A stretch of 64,000 bases of DNA from Myxococcota bacterium (lineage in GTDB: Bacteria > Myxococcota_A > SURF-8 > G963677705), in assembly GCA_963677705.1 (NCBI GenBank), contig OY782497.1, positions 4,458,417-4,522,416 of the forward strand. Reading direction: 5' to 3'. How positions within the stretch are numbered: position 1 is the first letter of the stretch; the number at the start of each line of letters is the position of its first letter. Positions 9,761 to 19,600 of the stretch are shown here, piece after piece. A model generated the notes under the pieces. It searched no databases, was not told the origin of the DNA, and worked only from the letters and a program-made list of their open reading frames with translations. The translations under genes and the position numbers were made by a program.

Positions 9761-12202
9761 ATGCGTTACCTACCCTGGGCGTCTCTTCTGGGGCTTGCGA
9801 TCTGCTTGTTCGCTTGCGATTCCTCGCCGGAACGCGGCACGCAGACAGCCAAACCCCAAGAGAGTCCAAGCCAATCCACCTTGTCCTCCTGCGAGACCGG
9901 TACAGCCGATGACAGTGCCTTCGTACCCAAAGGCTATAACGCGGAAACCAACAGTGCCGTGCTGATGAACGGCCAGACGGTGACCCCAGCCGGAAAAACG
10001 CTGGATTTGCAACGCTTTGCCTGGGGAGTGGCCCTCTCACCCGATGGGAAGACGGCGTATATCACCAACGCCGAAGGGGGTTCGCAAAGCGTTCAGGCCA
10101 TCGACTTGAGCCAGGAAGACCTGGCTCCGCTGACGGACCCCGCTCGGATGTTGGCAGGGTACGGACTAACCGTCAGTTCCGATGGTCAACGGATATACGT
10201 TCCCGGTGCGGCGACCGGGTTGGTGCATGTGCTGACCCTGACCGAGGGTGCCTTTGTCACCCAGGAGCCCATTCACCTCCAGGGTTATCTTGGCGCGTTG
10301 GCTCTTAGCTCCGATGACCAGACCTTGTTCGCGCTTTCCCCCACCCAGGCCGTGCTTTCCAAAGTGACCCTCGCTACGGGAGAAATCGTGCGTCTGGATG
10401 TGGGCTTCTATCCCTATGATGTGGTGCTTTCCACCGATGGCTCCAAAGCCTTCGTCAGTGACCAGGGGGCAAACCGTGTGGTGCGCGTGAATACCCAAAC
10501 CATGACCTTGGATGGGCAGGTCGACACGGATCGTGGGCCGGAAGGGTTGGCGCTTGCTGAGGATGAAGCCTATCTGATTGTTGCCTGCGCCGATGACGAA
10601 ACCATCCAGATCATCAAGACCGAAGACATGAGTCTTCACCAGACCCTGGAGCTGGACCCGGAACATCCCGATCTGAAGGTTTGGACACCCAATGCCGTCG
10701 CGGTGCATCCGGAAGCCCACCGAGCCTACATCACAGCAGCAGACCGCAACGCCGTGGAAGTGCTTGATACGGAAACATGGACCATTCTCGGTCAGATTCC
10801 TACGGCGTTTTATCCGTCACGGATTGCCATCACTCCGGATGAGAAGCTGGTTATCGTCAATTCCAAAGGGTGGGGGTTAACCGGCTCGGCGCGATCCACG
10901 GGAAGCGGCTTGTACGGACTTCTGCAAGTGGTGGATGTTCCGGCCAACGCCACGGAATTGGAGCAATATTCCCGCCAGGTGAAACAGAATGTAGAGCGGC
11001 CCCAGGGGTATTACCCGGATAATCAATGTGACACCATTGTTCCTCTTCCATTGAGCGAGGAGGAGACCTCGGTGATTGAACACATCGTCTTGGTGGTGAA
11101 AGAGAACAAGGTCTACGATGAAATCCTCGGTGATCTTGCCGGACCGGAAGGCGATGAATGGCATGATCCGAACCTCGCGGTTCTTTTTGGAGAAAACGTG
11201 ATCCTGAGTGATGACACCCCGGCCAGTGTGACACCCAACGCCCATGCCATTGCCCGTCGATGGGTTGATTTCGTCAATTACTATTGCGACAGCGAAGTAA
11301 GTCTGCAAGGTCACATGTGGACCACCCAGGCCGATTGCAATGACTTTGTCGAACGCACCCACTTCGACCGCACGCCGTTGACCGGCATTGACCCGATGAC
11401 CAAGCATGAAAACGGGACCATTTTCCAACATCTCGATAACCACGGCTTCAACTTCAGAGTCTATGGGGAAGCGGTCAACTTCGGACCTGAAGAAGTGATC
11501 AAGTGGAGAGATAAAGTGGATCTGAAGTACCCCTACTGGAGCATGGGCCAGACGGATGTACTCAAGGCTCAAGAGGTGATTCGTGAATGGGAACTCTCCC
11601 TGGAAATGGAAGAGCCTCGCCTGTTCCCCTCCTTCATCTACATTGTGCTTCCCAACGATCACACGGCGGGAGCCAATGCCGGCGCTCTTCATCCGCAGAC
11701 GATGGTGGCCGACAACGACCACGCGATGGGGATGCTGGTCGATTGGCTTTCCAAATCCCCCTACTGGGAAAAGACCTTGTTCATCGCTTTGCAGGATGAT
11801 GGTCAGACCAGCATGGGAGATCATATCGATGCCCACCGTTCCGTTCTCTACCTCGCCAGCCCCTGGGTGAAACGCAATTACCAGAGCCGGGTGCATTACT
11901 CCATGCCGTCGGTTTTCCGCACCATCGAGTTGATTCTCGGTTTGCCACCGATGAACAAAAATACCCTTCTGGCTCCACCCCTGATTGATGTCTTCACCGA
12001 CGAAATGGATACCACGGGCTTTGATGCCATCGTTCCCACCATGCCGGTGATTGTCAACCCAAGTACAGGACCCTTTGCCGAGGAAGCCAAGCAATGGGAC
12101 TGGTCGGGCTTCGATGGTCATAAGGGGCTTGGAGATCATGTATACCGTTATTTGATGGGCGATAAACCGCGTCCGGATTACGTCAAAATGCTGGACGATT
12201 AG
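9761..12202 (+). CDS. Lipoprotein: YncE/YVTN beta-propeller fused to phosphoesterase (alkaline-phosphatase-like) domain
   Basis: Lipobox LFAC; propeller repeats (VGFYPYDV, TAFYPSRI); VKENKVYDEILGD, LPNDHT, VADND, DHIDAHRS. Confidence 0.85.
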   Translation: MRYLPWASLLGLAICLFACDSSPERGTQTAKPQESPSQSTLSSCETGTADDSAFVPKGYNAETNSAVLMNGQTVTPAGKTLDLQRFAWGVALSPDGKTAYITNAEGGSQSVQAIDLSQEDLAPLTDPARMLAGYGLTVSSDGQRIYVPGAATGLVHVLTLTEGAFVTQEPIHLQGYLGALALSSDDQTLFALSPTQAVLSKVTLATGEIVRLDVGFYPYDVVLSTDGSKAFVSDQGANRVVRVNTQTMTLDGQVDTDRGPEGLALAEDEAYLIVACADDETIQIIKTEDMSLHQTLELDPEHPDLKVWTPNAVAVHPEAHRAYITAADRNAVEVLDTETWTILGQIPTAFYPSRIAITPDEKLVIVNSKGWGLTGSARSTGSGLYGLLQVVDVPANATELEQYSRQVKQNVERPQGYYPDNQCDTIVPLPLSEEETSVIEHIVLVVKENKVYDEILGDLAGPEGDEWHDPNLAVLFGENVILSDDTPASVTPNAHAIARRWVDFVNYYCDSEVSLQGHMWTTQADCNDFVERTHFDRTPLTGIDPMTKHENGTIFQHLDNHGFNFRVYGEAVNFGPEEVIKWRDKVDLKYPYWSMGQTDVLKAQEVIREWELSLEMEEPRLFPSFIYIVLPNDHTAGANAGALHPQTMVADNDHAMGMLVDWLSKSPYWEKTLFIALQDDGQTSMGDHIDAHRSVLYLASPWVKRNYQSRVHYSMPSVFRTIELILGLPPMNKNTLLAPPLIDVFTDEMDTTGFDAIVPTMPVIVNPSTGPFAEEAKQWDWSGFDGHKGLGDHVYRYLMGDKPRPDYVKMLDD

Positions 12203-12213
12203 GAGGTTCTGCG

Positions 12214-13938
12214 ATGAAACGACACATCGGAATCATCATGGCCATTGGCTCCCTTCTTCTCGTCTCCCTGCTGGTTTCCTGCTCCAGCGGGTCTGACAGC
12301 AAGATTGACGAGGATGGCGACCTGACCGACGGGGATGATGTCTTGGATGGCGACGAGGACGGCGACCTGAGCGATGGGGATACTCTGGATGGCGACGAAG
12401 AAAGCCCGGATCCCAGTGAAGCCGTTCAGCGCGGAATCCAGTGGTTGGAAGAAGGGGAGGCTGTGTTTGCCAACGAAGCCTTTCAAGAAGCGTTCGTGAT
12501 GGATCCGAGCAACAAACAAGCCCGGTTCGGCTATGCGTTTTCCGAGGCTCTGATCAGTTTTGAACTGATTGAAGGCGTGATCCTTGGGGCCGCTACCGGA
12601 GTGGGCGACATGTTGAAGAAATCCGGCAAGGCCGAGGACGGGGAACCGCCGGAAGGCTATGAAAGCTGGGATGCCTGGTTTCAAGAGCTGCTTGTGGGAA
12701 CCCTGGATCTGATTAGCCAGGGCTTTCACAAGTCTGTGGAATTGTATGGCCCGTTGAAAGAAGAAGGCGGGCTGTCCATCACCTTTGAAAAACTTCCCAT
12801 CTACATGGGCTTGGAGAAACCTACGTATATCCGGGGTGAGATTGACGACGCGGATGTGTTCTTCCTGGATGCCATGTCCAGGCTTTTGGCCTTCGTGTTT
12901 GACTATCTTGTCGCCCACCAGTTCCAAAGCGATCTGGGGTCTGCCATTTCTGGAATTACGGTTCAGTTCGGCGATGATCTGGGACTCCCGCAGGTCTTGA
13001 ATATCGTTGCCTACCTGCTGAACTACGATACCCGTTTTCTTGCCTTTTCGGAAACCGGTAAAGCGGATGTGATGGAAGACAAGCAGCTCCTTCTTGGGGC
13101 CTTGCAGGATCTGGTTCAGGGGGCCGCAGCCTTGGAAGACGAAGCGGAAGTGGATCGGGACCAAAGCGATGAGTTCTTCATCCTGCTTGAATCCGATGGT
13201 AAGAACGCAGCAATGCAGATCCATGTTTGGGATGAGGGCCACCAGGAAGAAGAGATGCAACAGGTCATTATCCTCGGACCGGAGGAAATGGTCGCTTCGG
13301 CAACCTGGGCCACGCAAATCACCGAAGGTGGAGACCCGGTCCCGATGAAAACCGTTGTTCTTCCCGTCGTTGCCTCTATGGCCATGCTTCCCGTCGGGTT
13401 TGGGATGCTGAAATACGTGGGGTTTGACATCGGGATGGATGCCGACATCCTTACGCCTTCGGTGCTGGTCAGTCTGATTGGTGCCTTTGTGCGTTTTGAC
13501 AAATTCGCCTTGGATCTTCATGCCTTCTACGAAGATCCCAAGTCCTTGCGGGAACTCCTCCCAGCGTGGACCACCGACCGCGCCTCCCTGGAAAATACCT
13601 TGCTGATGGAATGGGAGTGTTCGCAGACGGAAATGGCCGATGGCATCCCGGATGGGGCTTCAGGGATGATGTGTGCAGACACGGACGCTCTGGAAGATGG
13701 AGCCCATTTTGTGGGGACAGGCTATGAAATTGGGGCCGATGGCATCCCCTTGCCGACGCCTTACCTGGCCTTCCAAGATCCTAGTTTCGGGCAGATGCTT
13801 TATATTGATGTTCCGGCTCTCGACCTGGAGGGCTATCCGGAAGAACCTCAATGGCAGGTGGCAGATCAGACCACGGCGAACGTGGCCATTGGTGAACAGT
13901 TGGCCAAACTGCTTGTACGCTTCGCGTCGGATAAGTGA
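12214..13938 (+). CDS. Hypothetical lipoprotein with N-terminal DGD-repeat acidic tether and a TPR-like helix pair
   Basis: Lipobox LVSC followed by DEDGDLTDGDDVLDGDEDGD...; GGAGG RBS; 11 bp after upstream gene. Confidence 0.7.
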   Translation: MKRHIGIIMAIGSLLLVSLLVSCSSGSDSKIDEDGDLTDGDDVLDGDEDGDLSDGDTLDGDEESPDPSEAVQRGIQWLEEGEAVFANEAFQEAFVMDPSNKQARFGYAFSEALISFELIEGVILGAATGVGDMLKKSGKAEDGEPPEGYESWDAWFQELLVGTLDLISQGFHKSVELYGPLKEEGGLSITFEKLPIYMGLEKPTYIRGEIDDADVFFLDAMSRLLAFVFDYLVAHQFQSDLGSAISGITVQFGDDLGLPQVLNIVAYLLNYDTRFLAFSETGKADVMEDKQLLLGALQDLVQGAAALEDEAEVDRDQSDEFFILLESDGKNAAMQIHVWDEGHQEEEMQQVIILGPEEMVASATWATQITEGGDPVPMKTVVLPVVASMAMLPVGFGMLKYVGFDIGMDADILTPSVLVSLIGAFVRFDKFALDLHAFYEDPKSLRELLPAWTTDRASLENTLLMEWECSQTEMADGIPDGASGMMCADTDALEDGAHFVGTGYEIGADGIPLPTPYLAFQDPSFGQMLYIDVPALDLEGYPEEPQWQVADQTTANVAIGEQLAKLLVRFASDK

Positions 13939-13984
13939 GGCGATAACATCCAGACGAAAAGCCTGGAACGCAGCCTAACCACAG

Positions 13985-14013
13985 CGACCGAGGGAGGCCC
14001 CTCGGTCGTTTTT
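13985..14013 (+). terminator. Rho-independent terminator
   Basis: CGACCGAGGG-AGGC-CCCTCGGTCG-TTTTT. Confidence 0.8.
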
Positions 14014-14098
14014 CGTAGATCCATCTTGATATTCGCATGATCTTCACCGAGTGATCGGAACAAGATCCATCTGGCAATGGAACCGCTACGAGACCTAG

Positions 14099-15016
14099 GC
14101 AGCGTCGACATGAGTCATAGATTTTCCTGGACAAGACGACTCTGTTGGTCTATATTCCTCTAAATAGAAACTATTCAGAGGAATATAATGGATGCCACTT
14201 ATCACCGTCATGATATCTCCGACCACGCGTGGGAACTCTTGGAGCCACATTTACCGGGGCAGAAAGGCCAATGGGGCGGGATTGCCAGAGACAATCGACG
14301 ATTCATTAATGGTGTGTTTTGGATCTTGCGAACCGGGCGGGCAAGGCCCGCAGCCATAATATGCTGGGTCACTTCGTTCCCACGCATGGCGCGATCTTCC
14401 GCCCGATTATGGCAGTTGGAACAATACCCATCGCCGGTTTATTCGTTGGCGAGATAAAGGCATCTGGGAGAATTTACTGGATAGTTTGATTGATGATCCC
14501 GACTACGAATGGCTGATGATCGACGCCACGCATGTTAAAGTCCATCACGATGGCATGGGCTGTAGGATGCGCTCCCACTCTTGATGGAACCTTGGCTTCG
14601 CAAGGATTCGGAGTTGAACCTTTTTTATCCAGGCATAGCCTGGTGCGCATGGGTTTCCGCTCCGAGTCCTTGTTACAAAAGGTACCCGAGCTGATTGCAA
14701 AGAGGCTGAAAATCTGATCGAAGGGCTACCAGCCTCTAATTTACTGGCTGATCGTGGTTATGATACAAATAGCATCATTGGCCTATGCGAGAAAAACGAT
14801 ACGTGTCCGGTGATTCCTCCAAAGAAGAATCGAACGGTTCAACGTAACTACGACAAAGACTTGTACCGTGAACGCCATCTGGTTGAAAATGCCTTTGAAA
14901 AGCTGAAACGTTGGCGTGGTATCGCGACGCGCTATGCAAAGAACACAGCGTCTTTCCTAGCTGCGGTACGTATCCGCTGTCTAGCCCTATGGCTTCATAT
15001 CTCCTGACGACACTGC
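14099..15016 (+). mobile_element. IS5 family (IS427-like group) insertion sequence, degraded
   Basis: Imperfect terminal inverted repeats (G)GCAGCGTCGACA / TGACGACACTGC(C), flanked by CTAG at 14095-14098 and 15017-15020; transposase fragments inside. Confidence 0.88.
14188..15007 (+). pseudogene. IS5 family transposase, disrupted
   Basis: RHDISDHAW...FWILRTG / WRDLPPDYG...WLMIDATHVKVH / AHGFPLRV...LADRGYD...RHLVENAFEKLKRWRGIATRY; frameshifting insertion at ~14338-14386 and stop at 14582. Confidence 0.85.
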
Positions 15017-15848
15017 CTAGCGCCAACTCCATCCAAGGGCCATCCGGCCCATGAAACCCCAGGTATCCGGCTTGGTCTGGCCGGGAAGGTAAACCTGATT
15101 GTTGACATAAGCGTAAACCGCTGCGGCGTTGAGCTTGATGAAAAGATCGTAGGGAAGTTCGATTCCCGCCGTAGGACCGAAGAGCAGTTTCGCGCCGCCC
15201 TCGGCTTCCTCCGCTTCTACCAAGCCCTCAAGGTCTTCCCCGGCCGCCTCAATTCCAAGACGGAAGGTATCCATGAAGGCGTAGGAAAGTGCCAGACTGG
15301 TCATGACATCCATTTCATCTCGTCCCGCGCTGCCCACGGGAACTTCCAACAGACCCATCAGACTCACGTCCAGTTTGTCGAAGCTATGGCCCAGTGTGAG
15401 GCGGACGCGGGGGATATGGTCGCCACGGTAGTCATAAATGTAGCCTGCTCCAAGGTCCAGGTTCACGTAATAGCCGTCTTGACACAGCGCACGGCCAATC
15501 AGTTCAAAGGAACCGCTTGCGGCTTCGTAGCGGCCACCTTGGGCTATAACAACCCCGCCGAAGGCTTCTACGGCGACACGATCCAGAGGTTGGAACCGTG
15601 CGCGAACTCCTTGCTCAACGCCTTCCTGGGTGAAATTGCGGTTTTCTCGTGAGCCGTATCCCAATTCGTATTGCAGACGGACAGACATTTCATCGCCCTG
15701 ACCGCTGTTCTGGTATACGTATGGTGTTGCCTGCAACTCGGCACCGAAGAGAGGTTTCTCCTCCGCGTGGGCCTGAATCGGAAGCAGCAACGCGAGCATG
15801 GTGATGGAAGCAAGAAGCCCTATTCTGCACTCAATCAAACGACTCATG
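15017..15848 (-). CDS. Hypothetical exported protein, probable outer-membrane beta-barrel
   Basis: Signal peptide (…IQAHA), alternating amphipathic strands, C-terminal aromatic GWSWR; start uncertain (ORF track starts at 15949). Confidence 0.55.
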
Positions 15849-16195
15849 GTCGATCCTTTCCTGAAAATTGCGCTCATTCGTTCATCAACGATCCTGGATT
15901 GCTGACTGAGACCGGGACATTTCCCAGGTTTTTGCAGCCTAAGACCCAAACAACCAACGCGGTTACTACCCGATTCACCAAGCCTAGCTCACGGATAGGG
16001 ACTTCAAGGGGTATACCACGGCATTCAAAACATTCTAAGGTCAGTCATCAGGTAACAGATTCCCCTAAAAAGCATACTTCCCTGTACGTCGCCAGTTAAT
16101 TTTTCATGTGCCGGATCATCCACAGAATTTTCTTTACAAGATGGAGTGTCACCCTGAGTATATCATGGATACCTGCGTTTAGAGGAATTCTCTCT

Positions 16196-16217
16196 TACCT
16201 AGCCAAGTGGCTAGGTA
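16196..16217. other. Perfect inverted repeat in intergenic region
   Basis: TACCTAGCCA-AG-TGGCTAGGTA. Confidence 0.45.
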
Positions 16218-16297
16218 CATTTTTGTCTGTCTTGTGCTAGGCTTTGATTTCACCCATAGGAGAATGATGTAGATTGAGCCATGTTTCGGAGGTTGCG

Positions 16298-16438
16298 ATG
16301 CGATATCATAGGCTAGAAAACACGATGATATCTGTTTTGTTTGTCATCGTTTTACTTGCGGGATGTCGTGAATTTACGAGTTCGGAGCCATCCGCTCCCC
16401 TACCGCATGATCTGATGGGAACGGTGCAGTCAATCTGA
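16298..16438 (+). CDS. Small (46 aa) putative lipoprotein or gene remnant
   Basis: GGAGG RBS; MRYHRLENTMISVLFVIVLLAGC-REFTSSEPSAPLPHDLMGTVQSI; below ORF-track cutoff. Confidence 0.5.
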   Translation: MRYHRLENTMISVLFVIVLLAGCREFTSSEPSAPLPHDLMGTVQSI

Positions 16439-16654
16439 CCACTGCGTGAGAAGCGGAAAAGAACCTATCTACAGTGATGAAACCGGGGATTATCTTCATG
16501 ACCATCGTGCCATCTGAATCGGGAATCATACCTCCCTTGATTTGCTGTCAAAGGTCACACCAAGAGAGTCTTTTACAAAGATGGTATCTGGTCCCTTCTT
16601 GTCATTGTGGTACAATCAATAAAACTGAGGAAATCTACCCAAAAGGAAATAGTC

Positions 16655-19600
16655 ATGAAAATCTGCTCCCGTAGAGGCTGCTTGTGGATCCTTCTAAGTA
16701 TGAGTCTTTTCAGTGTCATGGCCTGTGGGCAGAATGACTCTTTGGACGCAGCCTTAGGTGAGAAATCTGTGTTGATTGAGAAACCTTCGCTTCTGTCAGA
16801 TGCAAGTACGCCCCCGGCAGAGGTGACGCATCCTGCTCCTTTGGCCCAAGGCTCGGAACGAAAAGCTGGCCCCAGCAAAGGCGGACTGAAGTCCTCCAAC
16901 TGGCAGGCCGTGGCGATGAAGAGCATCGCGACGGAGCAATACCGCTTTGCCGAAACCAAGGACGGCGGTCTGGCGGCAATCAACCGGGCGCAGAATTTCC
17001 GTGCCCGGTTTGATGAATCCGGCTGGAGCTTGCACCCTCACCTGAATGCGGCGACGAAAACCGCGCTGGCCACGCTGGACCCGAAAGCACAGGATATTGA
17101 AGAGCAACGTCGGGCGATTCTGCAAGAGACGCACGACCCGAACTGGACCTTCAGTATGAGTTTTACCGGCCTGGGCCGAGGCAAGACCGCGGAGGGCTCG
17201 GACGCAAATATCCTTAACGGAAAGACCGTCAAGCCGGAATTGGGGGCTTGTGACGGAACCCGGCGTCAAGGGGCGACGAAGGGTTGTTTCAAACAGAGTG
17301 AGTTTCGCCGAGAGGGCGTGACGGAGTACTTCCGCAACAAGGCGGAAGGGCTGGAGCATGGCTTTGTCCTTGCCGAGCGCCCCAGCGGGAGCGAACCCTT
17401 CCTGGTGGTGGAAAGCCGCTTTGAAGGCTTGCAGGCCAAGGTGGCCGACGACGGCCAGCGTATTGTCTTTGGTGATGGTCAGGCCGAGCGCTTCCATTAT
17501 GAAAAGCTTCTGGTCACGGATGCCAAAGGCACGCGCCTTGCGGGCCACATGGCCGTGGAAGAAAACCGCCTGCGCATCCTGGTCGATGATACTGACGCCA
17601 TTTACCCCCTTGACATTGACCCGTTGGCTACCACGCCGGGCTGGTCTGCGGAAGGCAATCAAGAAGATGCCTGGTTTGGAACTTCCGTTTCGTCAGCCGG
17701 TGATGTGAATGGGGATGGCTATGATGATATTGTCATCGGAGCGAGTCACTATGGCCCAAATGGAGCGGCCTTTGTCTATCTGGGTTCATCTGAAGGCTTG
17801 CCTGCCATCGCCGACTGGATGATGGAAGGAGATGAAGGAAGATGGTTTGGTTCTTCGGTTTCCTCTGTGGGGGATGTCAACGCAGACGGTTATGATGATA
17901 TCATTGTTGGGGATTACGATATCGGGAAAACCTATGTTTATCGCGGTTCCGCAACAGGTTTGTCAGACACACCGAGCTGGACAAGGTACGATGGCTCGAG
18001 TTGGCTCTATTCCGTTTCCACAGCCGGAGATGTGAATGGCGATGGCTATGATGATGTCATCGTTGGCAACGCTGATACCGCGAAAAGCTATGTTCATCAC
18101 GGTTCCGCAACAGGTTTGTCAGCCATATCGGATTGGACAAAGCGTGGCGCCTTGGGTTCTGGCTGCTCGGTTTCCACAGCCGGAGATGTGAATGGTGATG
18201 GCTATGATGATGTCATCGTTGGGGCAAGATCATATGATAACGGTGAAGAGGACGAAGGCGCAGCCTTTGTTTACTTGGGTTCGGCGGAGGGATTGTCCAC
18301 CACGCCCGCATGGATGGCGGAAGGCAATCAAGCTGGTGCCAATTTCGGGTATTCCGTTTCTTCGGCGGGTGATGTGAATGGTGATGGTTATGATGATGTC
18401 ATTGTTGGAGCGAACGTATACGACAACGGAGAAACCAACGAAGGCGCAGCCTTTGTTTACTTGGGCTCGGCCTCAGGTTTGTCCTCTGAGCCCGACTGGA
18501 TGGCGGAGAGAAACCAAGCCTATGCCTCTTTCGGGTGTTCCGTTTCTTCGGCGGGTGATGTGAATGGGGATGGCTATGATGATGTCATTGTGGGATCAAA
18601 GTTCTATGACAAAGTGGTAGATAACAGACTTGATAACTCCGGAGCCGCTTATGTCTATTTCGGCTCTGCAACGGGCTTATCTGCGGAGGCGGATTGGATG
18701 CAGGAAGGAGACGGAGAGAAGGCCAATTTCGGGTATTCCGTTTCTTCGGCGGGGGATATCAACGGAGATGGATACGATGATGTCATTGTTGCGGCTTATC
18801 ATTTCAGTGATGAAGAGGAAGAAGAAGGCATCGTCTATGTCTACTATGGTTTTGGGTATTGTGGGGATGGGACTCTTTCTTTCGACGAAGAGTGCGAAAG
18901 CACGGACGGCGTGTTCGATGAATGTTGTGATCCCATCACCTGCTATTTCAAAGTGTCGGGTTCTCACTGCGGCGACGACGGTACGGAGTGCATCAATCAA
19001 GACACCTGTGATGGTTCCGGTTCGTGTACGGACAACGGTTTCGTCATGGCGGATACGGCCTGTGGTGATGCACCCACGGAATGCAGTGGTCAGGACACCT
19101 GTGATGGAGCGGGGCTTTGCCAGGTGAACGACTTGGATGCCGGAACGAATTGCGGCGACGACGGTACGGAGTGTGTGAACCAAGACACCTGCAACGGTGC
19201 GGGGGCTTGTACAGACAACGGCTTCGTCGCGGTGGATACGGCTTGTGGAGAGGCGCCCACGGAATGCAGCGGTCAAGACACCTGCGATGGTGCGGGGCTT
19301 TGCCAGGTGAACGACTTGGATGCCGGAACAAACTGCGGCGACGACGGTACGGAGTGTGTGAACCAAGACACCTGCAACGGTGCGGGGGCTTGTACAGACA
19401 ACGGCTTCGTCGCGGTGGATACGGCTTGTGGAGAGGCGCCCACGGAATGCAGCGGTCAAGACACCTGCGATGGTGCGGGGCTTTGCCAGGTGAACGACCT
19501 GGACGCCGGAACAAACTGCGGTGACGACGGGACGGAGTGCATCAATCAGGACACCTGCGATGGTTCCGGCGCTTGTACGGACAACGGCTTCGTCACGGCG

